From NCBI RefSeq assembly GCF_006345805.1, contig NC_042998.1, forward strand, positions 45,632,001 to 45,696,000: 64,000 bases of DNA, in the 5' to 3' direction. The notes under the pieces are model-generated. The model was not told the origin of the DNA and did no database searches. It was given only the letters and a program-made list of their open reading frames with translations. The DNA is from Octopus sinensis (Eukaryota). The stretch's first letter is position 1; the number at the start of each line of letters is the position of its first letter. This document shows, one piece after another, positions 37,547 to 50,230 of this stretch. Made by a program: the position numbers and the translations under genes.

Positions 37547-38832
37547 CAGTGGTTCTCAACAAGGGTCTATATGGACTTTAAGGGTCCATATAAAATATTG
37601 TTAAAATTTATTGGTGATACTTCTTACAATACACAAAATATTAAAAGTTTTTTTTTATATATACTTCCTAATAATATTTAATTATAAGAATAGGATTTTT
37701 TAAACACTGAGTATCTAGCCACATGGAGTAGAAATCAGATGTTCAGAGAAGCAACTTTGTTTTCCAACTTAGCACACATCTAAAACCTCTTTTTCAGCAC
37801 AAATTATAATTACTTAATTATTTCATTTCATTATCTATCTATGTAAACATGGTTTTTTCTTCCATGCTGTATGTTTAGAGAAAAAAACTTAAGATTCCTA
37901 TGCTCAATCCAACTCTACCTCTTTCTCCCTCTCTTTCACGCTCACTTATTGTCATTTATTCATTCATTTATCTAATTTTATTACATTTTGGCTGACCAAA
38001 AACTGTTGGTTATAGCTCTAGTTAAGAATGCAAATGCCCAATTCTCTCTCATTATCATTACTACTCTTCCCCACATGGCAGGCTGAGTTTTGGCTGTTTC
38101 GCGGTGCCCAATTCTATCTCATTAATAGAATTACTATTCTTTCACTGTGGCAGTGGCAATGTTAAACCCATTCATTCAATTATGTTACCCTAAATCCCAA
38201 AATTCTGTCTCATGTTCTGTTTTTGACCAGCCTAACTCTGGTCTCTCTCGCTCAGCTTCGTTAACCACTTGCTTCTTCCAACACTTTACCTCTGCTTCAC
38301 CCACCCTACCTATATAAACTATCTCATTCAGATTCCCCTACCTCATATTTTAATATCTTGCCACATGGAGTAGAAATCAGAATTTAGATAAGCAACTTTG
38401 TTTCCCAACCTAGTACACATCTAAAACCTCTTTTTCAGTGCAAATTATAACTACTTTATCATTTCATTCCATTATCTATGTAAACACAGTTTTGTCTTCC
38501 ATGCTGTATGTTTAGGCAGACAAATCACAAATCCCTGCTCAATCTGTAGAAAAAGTGTAGGTAGAAACTCCATAAGATGTACCTGGTGTAAGCTTTGGAC
38601 ACATAAAAGGTGCAGCAATATCAAAGGAAGGCTAACTAGGAAGATAGTTACACTCTTGGAGTGATTGCCAGATTAGATTGGTGACTGGTGCAACCTTCTG
38701 GCTTGCCAGTCCTTAGTCAAACTGTCCAACATGGAAAGTGGGCGTGAAACGACGATGATGAAGGGCTAGGAGGGTCTAAGTACACTAGGAATCAAAGGGG
38801 TCCATAGGTAAAAAAATGATTGAGAGACACTG
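37547..38832. mobile_element. hAT/Charlie-type MITE expanded by nested insertions
   Basis: TIRs CAGTGGTTCTCAAC / GATTGAGAGACACTG. 8-bp TSD AGCTAGAT/AGCTAGAC. An uninterrupted sibling is at 63309-63524. Confidence 0.7.
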
Positions 38833-38843
38833 AGCTAGACAGT

Positions 38844-39421
38844 AGGGTGGAGTGCTTATTTTCACAATTTTTGATTTTGTGATGGGAGCAGTGCAGAAAA
38901 GTTGTGAATGGACATCAAAATAACTGGTGTAAAATCTTAGAACTCTGTGACAATATTTTCCGTTTCCACAAATGCATTGAAAAATGGAAAAAGTGAAAAG
39001 AAAAAAAAAAAGGTTAAAAGAAAACCACAGTTTTCATTGCATCTTCTTCAGGTAGCTTTTAAATGACTGTGATGAAATTACTCTAAAATGTTAAATTTGG
39101 AGGCATTTGTGGAGATAGAAGATGAAGTCTCAGAAAAAACATGTTTAAGTTGTCTTAAACATGTTTTTTCTGAGACTTCATCTTCTACCTCCACAAATGC
39201 CTCAAAATATTTTAAAATATTGTAAATTATTGAATTTAGAAGATGCAATATAGCTAATAAATAAGTAGAGGTGTTTTTGTCCACTTTTTCAATGCATATG
39301 GAGACAGAAGATATTGTCACAGAGTTCTAAGATTTTGCACAAATTATTTTGATGTCTATTCACAACTTTTCCGCATTACCTCTATCATGAAATCGAAAAT
39401 TGTGAAAAAGTGCTCCACCCT
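38844..39421. mobile_element. Foldback (Mutator-like) element with long TIRs and an internal palindrome
   Basis: TIRs of about 150 bp starting AGGGTGGAG. 10-bp TSD GCTAGACAGT (38834-38843 / 39422-39431). Central 50-bp arms at 39100-39149 and 39154-39203. Confidence 0.8.
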
Positions 39422-42400
39422 GCTAGACAGTTGTTAGCAGCAAGTTCATCACCATCCCTTTAATGTCCACTTTTCCATGCTTGCATGGCATAAACGGAGA
39501 TTACTGAGGCAGATTTTCTACAGAACATGCACTTCCTGTCGTCAACCTTCATCTGTTTCTAAGCAAGATAATATTTTTCTCATGGCCAGACAATGTTTTC
39601 ACGGAATATTGGAAAGGAATGCTATTGCCTGTATGACAGTGGCACTCATTTACAATTCTCATGTAATGTCAAGACAAAGAGTCCCAAACATATACACACA
39701 TGTATACATATATACAAGGGGCTCCTTTCAGTTTCCATCTACCAAATTCACATTACAAAGCTTTGGTCAGCCTGGGGCTTTAGAAGATGCTTGACAAAGG
39801 TAGGACTGAACCTGAAACCATCTGGTTGGAAAGTGAATTTCTTAACCACACAGCCTTGCCTGAGCTTAACAGTAAATTATCCTTTGAAACGTTCTTGACA
39901 CTTGATTAAATTAGAATTAGTCCTTGGGCTAAGGCTGTCATTTCTTCATTACATGTATAAGTCTAATTTTAACTAATTAAAATATTGGAGTCATCATTTT
40001 TATGCCATGACAAATTTAACATTAGCCATTGAGCACCTCTACATTATAAAGGCAATGTTGATTAATCGAATTTTTGCTTTGCCCACTACATTAATTATGC
40101 TTCATAAGAATAGCACCACTTAACTATTGCTTCATAAGAATGGCATATCTAGGTAATTTTCCCTTGGTTCATTATACTAAATTGTCCAGAAAACTCTAGT
40201 ACATCTTTATAGTGATCTGGCTTGCACTGGCTTTTAAAGATTTATAGCCCCAAAATTGTTTATAATACCACTATATCCCAATTACATTCCTTACCTCAAG
40301 AAAGATATTCCACCAACCTTACTGTACATAATGCACATCTATACCAGTACTATTTTTAATTATATTTACACTAGCAATGCATCCCAGCGCTTCCTAAATG
40401 TTATGACCTACAGCCACATTGTATTATTTGTTCCTTTCTTATGGGCAGAATCAGCACAGCTGATATATAGTCAACTGGATTACTGGAAGTTATTGCTTGT
40501 TTAAAAGTGAAGGTGGAGAGGGTACAATTTGCATGAAAGTGCTTTCTGTTCTTAAGAAGGATCACAGACTATGTATTGTTTCATTGTATAAAAGGGGGTT
40601 AAAACGATTTTACCCAGAAATCACGTTTTCAAAATTTTAGTTTTCCCCGTCCCCATCGCAATTTCTTGATTTGTAACTTTATGAATTTTTTTTTTTATCT
40701 ATGGAGAAAAATACAGAGATTACAAATCTGGGAAATATATATTTTTTTCCAAAGTTTAATCTTTCTTAAAGAAACACTCAATGCCCCTTCCCCTACCTTG
40801 CCCACCCATCACCTACCCACTTTCAAAAAATAAAAACACCCTATGTTTCACTTCTGTCTGATGTTTCACACATGCATAGAATTGTACTGAAATAGCAGGC
40901 GTAAAAAAATATTAGAGCACCACCAGAAAACCCAACATGCTAGAAACAACAGGTAAATGACATTATTTCTGAAGAAACTTCCCCGCTTTCCAAAAAGCTA
41001 AAAGTGAAACATTGGGAGTTTGTAGCTTTTTGAAAGTGGTGAGGTGATGGGTGGATGTTTGGGAAAGAGATTTTAGTGTTTCTTTAAGAAAAAAATTCTT
41101 AAAGATTTGTCTCCTCTCCTTTCCTGATATCAGCCACCCTCATTATGCCACATTTCCCTGACCTGGCACTTTTGCACTCCTCTCATTTTATTATACAATA
41201 GCCCAACACCTGTAGTTGGTCCATTATTGATTTTTATTGAAATCTAATAAGCCTATAGTTGAACTGGATGTTAGTTCAACATGTATAGAAAGTTTGGTGA
41301 AGATTGGTTCCCTGGTTTGGACAGCAAGATGACAAACAGAAATTACCATTTATATATAAGATTAGCTATTAGAGCAATTAGCAGAAAAGAAGAAACGATG
41401 GGAGCTAGCATACCCAACACTAGTCCTTCTGTACATAAACGCAGCACCAGCACAACACTTATTTGCTCTATTAATAGTTTCTTAGGGTTATATTTGATGT
41501 GGTAGTTCTATTTCTTCCTTAAGTGTAACCAAGGTTAAGAAGCTTGCATCATTATCATGTGCTTGATCCCACTGCCCAACACCTTGAGTGAGTATCTTCT
41601 TCCAAGGTCTCGGGTTAACTTACACTGGTCTGTACCAGTTCATGGGTAGTAGACTTAATTTATTTCCTGTTCTTTTTTTTTGTCTGCGGTAGAGTCCACT
41701 TTGTTGCAAGCACATGCACTTGCTCTTTGGCCTCAGATAACCTAATATTTTGCCTCTTATAGTCTCATCTCTGGAGCCTTTACTAAATAAAGTCATTAGT
41801 TGCTGCCCTTCCTCCTCTGATTAAGAGACACATATACACTCACTAATAACTTTCAACCACCAATCACTGTTACACCGAACTGGTGTGTGTATAATACAAT
41901 AGAGGTTGTTTTCAGAAATCAGTAATCTAAATTGTGACACAAACCTTCCAACTAGAAAGTCCTGAAAGTGAAAGATTGGTTTTAATTTGTATGTGAGATA
42001 TTTTCTTTCAACACTGAGACATATATTTGCTGTGAATTGTCTATGTAAAGCAACAAGGATGAACAATTTTTATGGAATTACTGACAAATCCTCCAACATC
42101 CTCAGTAATTATATATTTAATTATGTGTATTTAGATCATTATAGTTCCAGCCATGTAGCAATACTGTTAGGAGTATGTACAATTTTTTCCTGTTTGTTTA
42201 CCTTCAGGTTATCTCTGATTGAAGAGAACTAGGATCAAAAGTAGTCTAGCCATGAATACCAAGCCCGACCCTCCACCACCAAGCATAATATATCTAAGAC
42301 TACATTACTGAATGAGTCCTTCTTTTTGTAGACTGCAATTTAAATGCTATTTTTCTAATAGCCTTTTGGCTATTTTTTGTTCATGTTTAAATTTGGTTCA

Positions 42401-45291
42401 GTAACTGCCAGCTAGTTTCAAAAGTTTATAATTGTCTACTCATATAAATCTTGTTCATATTTCAGTTTGCTTGATGATAACGATGTTTAGTTCCAAGTTG
42501 ACCTTGAATGTGCAGAATTATGATTGTAAGCTTTTTCTAAAGATCACATTATTCAGTGTCTTCTTTTCTAGGCCAATAGAGAGTACACCAAGATATTTGG
42601 TTGCTATTTCCAATGGGTAGAATGACCACATAAAGCATAGATGGGCAACCTTTTTCGAGAAGTGGGCTTCGCTATTAATAAATGTTATTTTTCCTTGTGA
42701 AATTAGGCATACCATTCTGAAAGTCTCACAGGCTGTGGATTACCCATGACTGATGTAGAGTAACTAGTTGAACCTTCAAGTTTGCTGGAAGGCAATTACA
42801 GTTATGGACCTCTTGTTTTCTTTTCAGCCATTTTCCTTCTAAGTCCTGTACTTCTTCATTCACTGAGATCATCCCACAATGATTTACAACCAGCAAGTTC
42901 AGTAATTATATGGTTCGTAAGTAATTAAAAAGACTATAGATAATGTGCTGTGTTCCCTAATTAAGTCAACCCAATAGAAAATGGGTCAAGTAATACTCAT
43001 TGTTGAACAATCCTACCATAACTATGAGGAATGTGAACTGTCAAATTTTAAAATCGTGATTTTTCACTCTTTCTGTATGAATTCCCGTGTGCGGAACACA
43101 TTGTAGAGCTATTTGTTCCACTAAAATCCATCAATTTAAACATATTCTTTTGTATAATGTTACGTATTTTCTTAAAATTTAACCACTTTATAAGATATTG
43201 AAAAATAAAACAGAGAATAGAACTTTTCTGATATATGCAATAATTTAATTGGGGACAGATTTTTGTAGAGTTTATTCAGATTTTCTCCAAGAAATTCTTC
43301 TTAGGAGGAATTCTCTATGTAGATTTGTAATTTTCAGATAATTTTTGCAAATTTGTGGTCTACACACAGGAATTCATACGATTATGCATAAAAAAAAAAC
43401 GTGCATGATTTAAGGGTGATTTAGGTATTATTTTTAGCAGATCCCACGACCACCTGATACCCTCCTCGTTTCTTTGTCACTCTGACATGTCTTGATGTTT
43501 TTCAATATTTTTCTTCCCATGAATACATTTAATGGAATGATGACGCACCGAAGGGTAGCCCACTATTGGGATTTATGAAAAAAATTTGGACTGTCTGTAT
43601 TTTAAATTCAGATTTTTAAAAAAAATTCGAAAGAGAGTGGAACTTTTAGGTTGGCGGAGGGGGTTAACCCCCCCCCCCATAATTGTATGAATTCCCGTGT
43701 GCGGGACACAAATTCGCAAAAATATTTCTGAAAATTCAAAAAAGATAAAAAAAGTTACGAACGGTTATATGGGATGCTGAAACCAGAATTTCGCCGATCA
43801 TTTATAGAACTAAATTTTAAGAAGTATTTACACTTGTATCTTGTTCCCTTTTTCTTGCAATATTTACCATTACTTACTATATATGTATGTGTGTGTGTGA
43901 AGAAAGTAATGAAAAACTCATAAATGACACCCCTCATCACACACATACTATATGACCTAGAATAAGCAGGGAATAAAAAAGGATTCTGAAGAGATGAGTC
44001 TGAAATAAGTGAATTGTTTGTATTTTTCTTTCTCTTTGAAATGTAAGCATTTTCCCATCCTCTCTATCTTTTAAAAAAAGTCTCTAAAAACCAGAAGTGA
44101 AAAGAAATAAAGGAGAAATTAGATTCTGTTAATATTGACGGTTTACTTTGAAATATATTTATATCAATACAGAAATCATATATATTATTTTTTGTTCCTT
44201 TCCCCCTTTCGGTGTTGATAAAAAGAATACAAATCAAGGATGAAGGATTGGCGGATCTCTAAGAAAATCGGATGTTTTGCAGTATTTGGCTGCAGTGCTT
44301 TAAGTACAGTGATCAGATCTCGTCACCTACCACCAGGCATCCAAGGATGCATTTGGCAGAGTCAACTCTATTGCAAAGATTTGGGTTAGGCCTTCTGTTT
44401 GAGAATAGTTTCCTCCCCACCTCCGTCTCATCTCTCAGTTTCGGTAGCCATTTAGAAGGTCAAGGGCACCGTCTTCAAGCAGCTTTTAATTAATAATCGG
44501 CAGAAGTTACAGAGTGACTCAAAGGTCGATAGTTTCGAGGCGAGCGTTACCATTTACCAAAGAACACGAAACTCTTAGCAATCGAGTCACTTTAAAACCT
44601 ACCGATTAACACCCCCACCTATATTCCCTTGTTTTGAGTTCTATTATATATGTATCCGTTACAGGCAACAGTAGCAGTATTAGATTAAAAATATTTATAT
44701 TATGCTAGACAGATGCCACAGACACACATACATGAATATATAAACACTTTGAAATTCTAGGAGGAAATTACAGGAGTGGTTAACGGAAACCAAATGAAAG
44801 ATATATATATGTATATATATTTCCATACACTAAATCCTGCAATTAAGAAAGATTGCCAAGATGACATACAAATAATGTAAATTAGAAGACATTTAAATAT
44901 ATGAATTCGATATCGTTTCGGGAGTCAGAAATATTCAGAAGAACCGACACCTTACAGAGAAGGGGGGGAAAGGGTGCAGTCTAGTTGGTGAAACCTGCAT
45001 ACTTGAGAAACGAGAAAGGTTTTATTGTTATTCTGAAATAAAGAATTGTAACAGTTGTCTTTATTAATTATATTATTCTTACATGGTTCGTAAGTAATCA
45101 TCGGAGCTTTAACAAATGTGTGGTAAACCGTAGCAATTAAAAGAAGCAAAAAACGTGTCTTGGTGTTTTCATCGGCGGAAAGTGTGGGGGGGGGAAATCA
45201 AAATATCTCATTGTTTAAAAGAAAAAAATCAATGAAACATGGAATTCTTTAGCTGAAATAGTGATAGAAATAAACAAAGATTTAAACTCAC

Positions 45292-45400
45292 CAAATAAAT
45301 AAGATACTCCTAAGGTAATTTAGTATTAACAAATATTCAAATATTACATGCAAAAAAACCGAAGACGGATCCTAAATTGAAATGACCGCGGTTCCTTGTT
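45292..45400 (-). other. ARHGAP19: Putative non-coding first exon of ARHGAP19 (5' boundary approximate)
   Basis: Strong donor TTG|GTGAGT at 45291-45290 next to promoter motifs in a CpG-retaining region. The start site is not determinable from sequence. Confidence 0.45.
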
Positions 45401-45550
45401 GAAATTCTCAGCTCGATTCTGATTGGTCGAATTTCTACAAAGCGCCATCTGTCTACTTTATAATCTCAATCTCATTATCATATTCTACACCGGAAGTTGC
45501 AACTCAAACAGTTTCTGCCGATTTCCAAGACGAGGGAAATCTTTGAAAGT
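45330..45550. promoter_or_regulatory. Putative bidirectional promoter shared by ARHGAP19 and ANAPC4
   Basis: ATTGG (CCAAT box) 45422-45426, GCGCCATCT (YY1-like) 45442-45450, ACCGGAAGT (ETS) 45489-45497, and CHR-like TTTGAA at 45542-45547 (+) and 45336-45341 (-). Flanked by divergent donor sites. CpGs are visibly more frequent around 44.2-46.8 kb. Confidence 0.55.
45490..45548 (+). other. ANAPC4: Putative non-coding first exon of ANAPC4 (5' boundary approximate)
   Basis: Donor AAA|GTAATT at 45549. The ATG-containing exon at 50102 starts with an acceptor (tttccAG), so an upstream UTR exon is needed. Confidence 0.4.
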
Positions 45551-47379
45551 AATTATCTGTTAAGCCATTTATTTATTTACTTCGATTTATTTATAATTTA
45601 TGATTAATATAAATGTATAGGATTAGAAAAGAAAAAAAAAAGGAATGAAGATAAAATTTCTCCACTGCATTTGTTTGTATCGAAAAATCTACTTTTAGTA
45701 ACCACAGATGTTTTTTTAAAAATTAATTTGTATGTTGCTCCAGCGTGGCCTCAACCTGTTCGAAAGTAGTAAAAGTATATATATACATACATCTGTGTGT
45801 CGTGTCTCTGTATGCCCCTACCACGATTTGACAACCGGTGTTGGTTTGTTTACGTCTTCGTAACTTGGCATTTCGATAAAATTGATCGATAAAATATGTA
45901 CCATACTTTAAAAAATATAACAGCTGGGGTCGATTTGTTCGACTAAACCCTTCAAGGCAGTGCTCCAGTATGGCTGCAGTCCAAAGACAAGTAAACGACG
46001 AAAGATAAAAAGATAAACTTCACGGTTTTCATATTTTAGAGTATTTTAATTAGGAATGAAAAAAGAAGGATTAATTATACTTTTCTTTTATTGAATTTTC
46101 AATCAAATATTTCATATATAGGTTTTGAAGCGTGAAGAATTTCCAATAATTAATTTTTTTTTTACGTTTGTATTTCCTTGCATGCTTTCATTCTCAAGCG
46201 GTTTGTTTACTTTTTAGCGGCGAAATTTATGCTAAGAAGCAACATGCTCTATCAGAATTCCCTTAACACATTTACACAATTAACTAATTACACAATCTCA
46301 GATACGTAAAATATTCGAATTATTATATTTATATTTTTTTTTTCAAATTGCATCTCGAAAATTAAATAATTGCATCCGGAAAAATCCAATTATTAACAGC
46401 AAGTCAATTTTACACTTTAAGTGTAAGGTTGTTAGATTATTATTCTTCTATTGAAAATTATATCATCGATAACTGATAGCTTAGTTACAAAAGCACATTT
46501 CATAATCGTTTGAGTGTATAAAAAGTCTCTATATCATGTCAAGTTTTGTAACTCAAACTGAAGTTTCGCTTTCTTTGAACTCCTTTGTATTTTATTTATC
46601 CATTATATGTATCTCATATTCATACATAATCCTGTTAGGCGTTAGGTTTTTCAGCATATTCAGTGTTTACTGTTTATTCGTTTTCAGAGGGAAACCACTT
46701 TCTTTTCTTTAACTGATCCCATCCCGCCATCGAAAAAAAAAACAACCACAAACTCCGTGGTTTCTTGTCAGTTCCTCCTGGTGGTTGTAGTGTCAACTTT
46801 TGGTTTCTTTTCACATAAAATCAATGTACAAGTTTAGTTGCTAAACATTTTAATTCATATCAACATAATAAGTCACGAAAAGTCTCTGTTCAGTCTGAAA
46901 TAAAACCCTTCTTACTATCTCAAAAGAGGCGAAGGACTCGTTGGACAATGTATTCCTATATACATTCTACGGAGACATTTAATGTGACACTAGATGTACA
47001 TTGCCTTAATAAGAAGTGATATGATGTCATGACCAAAATGTCTGTGATTCAAAAGACCTGTTCTTTTAGTGCCAACCTGCGTTAACAATACTACAATTTA
47101 GGTTAAATAGTTATATGGCTTGTATGATATTATGATCAGACTTCCATTAAGAACTCTTCGATGAATCCCAGTTACACTTGCTAGACATTCACATGCACTG
47201 TGTCTATTTAGATAAGGGGTTTTATACTTGCTATGTCTGAAAGAAGGGGTAGTCCCTCCGTGACTGGTGAGTTAGCTACCATTCAACCTGTTGCAAATCA
47301 ACATCTGTAAGAAAGACATAAGCAAGGAAAAGAGAACCAATGTTATGGGGAAGAAGAACTGGAAATAGGGGTTAATGTG

Positions 47380-48025
47380 GGGCTGGTGGAGGAATGCATC
47401 AAGGTGATGAGTGGGTTAGAGGTGTGTATACCCGTGAAGTTACGCGAGACCAGCCAGCTCTGTAAAACAAGCCATTATACTAGCAATAGAAAAGACAGAG
47501 GAGACAGCATGACTGTGGGCCTGACGCTGAAGAGTGTCTGTTAGCAATTTAATCTTCTCAGGATGTGTTCCACGATGTCTGTGTGCATAACAGGGATTCA
47601 CTTGAATTTTGTAGTGTCTGTAACTCTTGGAGACTGAAACTCTTTCTGGGCTTGTCTTTGGGATGTGGTCTTAGCTATGTTAAGGATATTTTTGCTAGGA
47701 GAGATCCTTGGTGATAGTGAGGACCACTATTTGGAGAGAATGGAAAAGCTCTTGCTTAATGTCACTTATGTTAAGGTTGGGTGCAGTGGTGTTTTTTTTT
47801 TTAAATGAGTAGTGCTTAGTTTTTTTTTCTACGTTTGCTGTTAAAAGAGACAAGATTGGTTTGGCCCTATCAGAGAATATTCTTAAGATGTCTGTTCATG
47901 GTATCAATGTAGGTTTTGCATATGGTGTTTAGATTGAATGTGGCTGATGTATGGTTGGGGCAGGTTAGGTAGGAATGAAGGATCGTATCGTCTGCATAAG
48001 AGTGATTGATCTTGGGTCTTGTGAC
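47380..48025 (-). mobile_element. Degenerate CR1/Jockey-group LINE RT fragment
   Basis: HSYADDTILHSY (YADD at 47998-47987), GQTNLVSFN, and SVFYCYYNG-like downstream motifs, with many stops. Confidence 0.65.
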
Positions 48026-49208
48026 AAATAGCTCATTGATGTATAGAAGGAATCTTGGGACACATTAAAGTTGATTGAGAGGGAAGTGGAAAAAGCTCCA
48101 TCAATACATGTTGTGATAGTGTGGCATTAGGAAGGGCATCCATCTGTAGAATCCAAGCCAAAACAGACCATGGAACTTGGTGTGGCCAACCCATGCCAGT
48201 ATGGAAAACAGACATTAAATGTAATGATGATGATCTGATAGAAAGTTACCATACCAAGGAGTGCAGTAAATAATGCACTCACATTGCAGTTAAAAGTTAA
48301 AAATTTCCTTGCGTTTATGATAAATAAATTTGGCCACTTATCTAATACCACTGTTATTAAAACACCAAATCTAGAAAAGATGGAACGTTGACATTTTGTT
48401 GCAATTTCCAAGCTTCTGAGACATAAAACTGCTTTAATCTAATTAGTGGCTGAATTGATTGTGATCAACATGTTTCCATCATTTTGTATGTTTCTCTAAT
48501 CCATATGTAATCTTTCCTAGAACTATTTTATCAAACATCACAAAATCTAATAGATTCTTCAGTACCTCTATCAATGTTAGGGCACCAAACAAGCTTCCTT
48601 TAGTGCTTATTGTATTCCTTTTTGTATATGTGTCACAAATTATGGACAATTGTTGTCTATAAAGTTCAGGAATGATTAGTATATTCTTATTAAATATATA
48701 ATTATTCTTTACAGCCAGTTTAGATGAATGAGAACTTATTGTGCTAAAAATGCTAATCTAGACCCATCGTTTCCAACCATGTGCTGTATTTTTTTTAAGT
48801 GAACATAAAGGTATATTGTTGAAATGATTGTCCTTAACAGTCTGAACTTTAGCTAAAACAATTCATCATTAACTGTTTTATGCATTATAGAACAGTTTAT
48901 CAAACTGATCTGTGTCATACTGCAGACTATTAAGCTATCAAGATTGATTGCTTTTTTTTTAATGAGCATGTGAATGATTTTAGAAATCATATAGTGGTCA
49001 TATAAGTGTGTGTATGGCTGTCTTCTGTAAAATTCCCCAGGTAACAAATGTCTTGAAAGAAAATGAATTGAAAAAACTAATGATCAGACACCTGTGTGAA
49101 AAATGTTTTAATCTTATTATATACCATACCACTGCATTAGTTTAATGTTCAGAATTGTACCAGTTTCTTTGAGTTTTGGAAAGTGTATAACTAAAACATA
49201 TATATATA

Positions 49209-49623
49209 CTAGCAGCATAGCCCGGTGTTTCCCGGGTATGTAAGAGCCCCTAGTAGGCAACGACTAATCCCAATCTAGTCCTTTCCCTCTAGGGAACGAA
49301 GGCGCATGTGTAGGTTGCAATGTCTTCTCTTCACTCGAATACTTCTGTGTATACGATGTTCCTAGCTGTCCCTAGCTGTCGAGTTGTGTCCCCTAGACAG
49401 AAAATGTGTTGCATATAAAAAGCTTAGATTCTCGACCCCATGTCGAATTTATCGATTTTTTTCAGAACTGGGAGAACTTTTCAAAATTTTCGCTGCGTTA
49501 GTTTTGAATTATGACATTGGGCTATGTGTGTGTCAAGTTTCATCAGAATCGGTTGAAAGCCGTGGTCAGGGTGAGGGTACAACCTGACAGACACACAGAC
49601 AGACAAACTGCCGTTTATATAGA
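49209..49623 (-). mobile_element. Non-autonomous Helitron
   Basis: On the - strand: A|TCTATATAAACGG 5' end, hairpin CCCGG-6 nt-CCGGG (49221-49236) 8 nt from the CTAG|T 3' end. Confidence 0.8.
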
Positions 49624-50116
49624 TATATATATATATGACTTTCCATTTTGAGACATTCCTGCTACTGAAGTTTCAGAAGTCACAATAGTTGAAAAAGTTA
49701 TATCATCATCATCATCAACACTTAATGTCTGTATTCCATGCTGGCATGGGTTGCACCAGGTTCCATAGCCTGTTTTAGCTTTGTTTCTACAGTTGGATGC
49801 CATCCACTTCAAGGAGTATACGGGGTGCTTTTTTTCATAGCACCAGCACCCACACCAATGCTTTTTATGTGGTACCTTGGTTTTAGGATCTCAATTCTGT
49901 TTTGGTGGGTGGATCTTCTACAGTACAACAATGCACCATATGTCTAGGTCCTCTCTCATCTCCTTCATAAGGTTCAGCATTTTGAGATCGGCTTTCAATA
50001 CTTTATCCTATGTCTTCCTGGGTTTCCCTCTCCCACTACTTTCCTCTAAGTTATTAAAAAAAAATCTGACAAAATTATAAACTGATCTGATGTATTTCCA
50101 GGAACTCGTTATCAAA

Positions 50117-50230
50117 ATGGAACAGTCTACATTTCGCCAGACAGAAGATCGACATGTATCTGTGGAAGTTACGTCAATGCTCTGGTCACCAAAAATGGAC
50201 CTTATTGCATTAGCAAATCTTCAAGGGGAG
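50117..50230 (+). CDS. ANAPC4: ANAPC4 coding exon 1 (MEQSTFRQ...ANLQGE)
   Basis: Acceptor at 50100-50101, ATG at 50117, donor at 50231, phase 0. Confidence 0.95.

Noticed and set aside
39078-39320. ORF with mirrored peptide EDEVSEKTCL / KHVFSETSSS
   Set aside because: An artefact of the DNA palindrome inside the foldback element.
43985-44010. CTGAAGA-GATGAGTCT-GAAA hammerhead-like spacing
   Set aside because: Stem II is at most 2 bp and there is no stem I/III complementarity.
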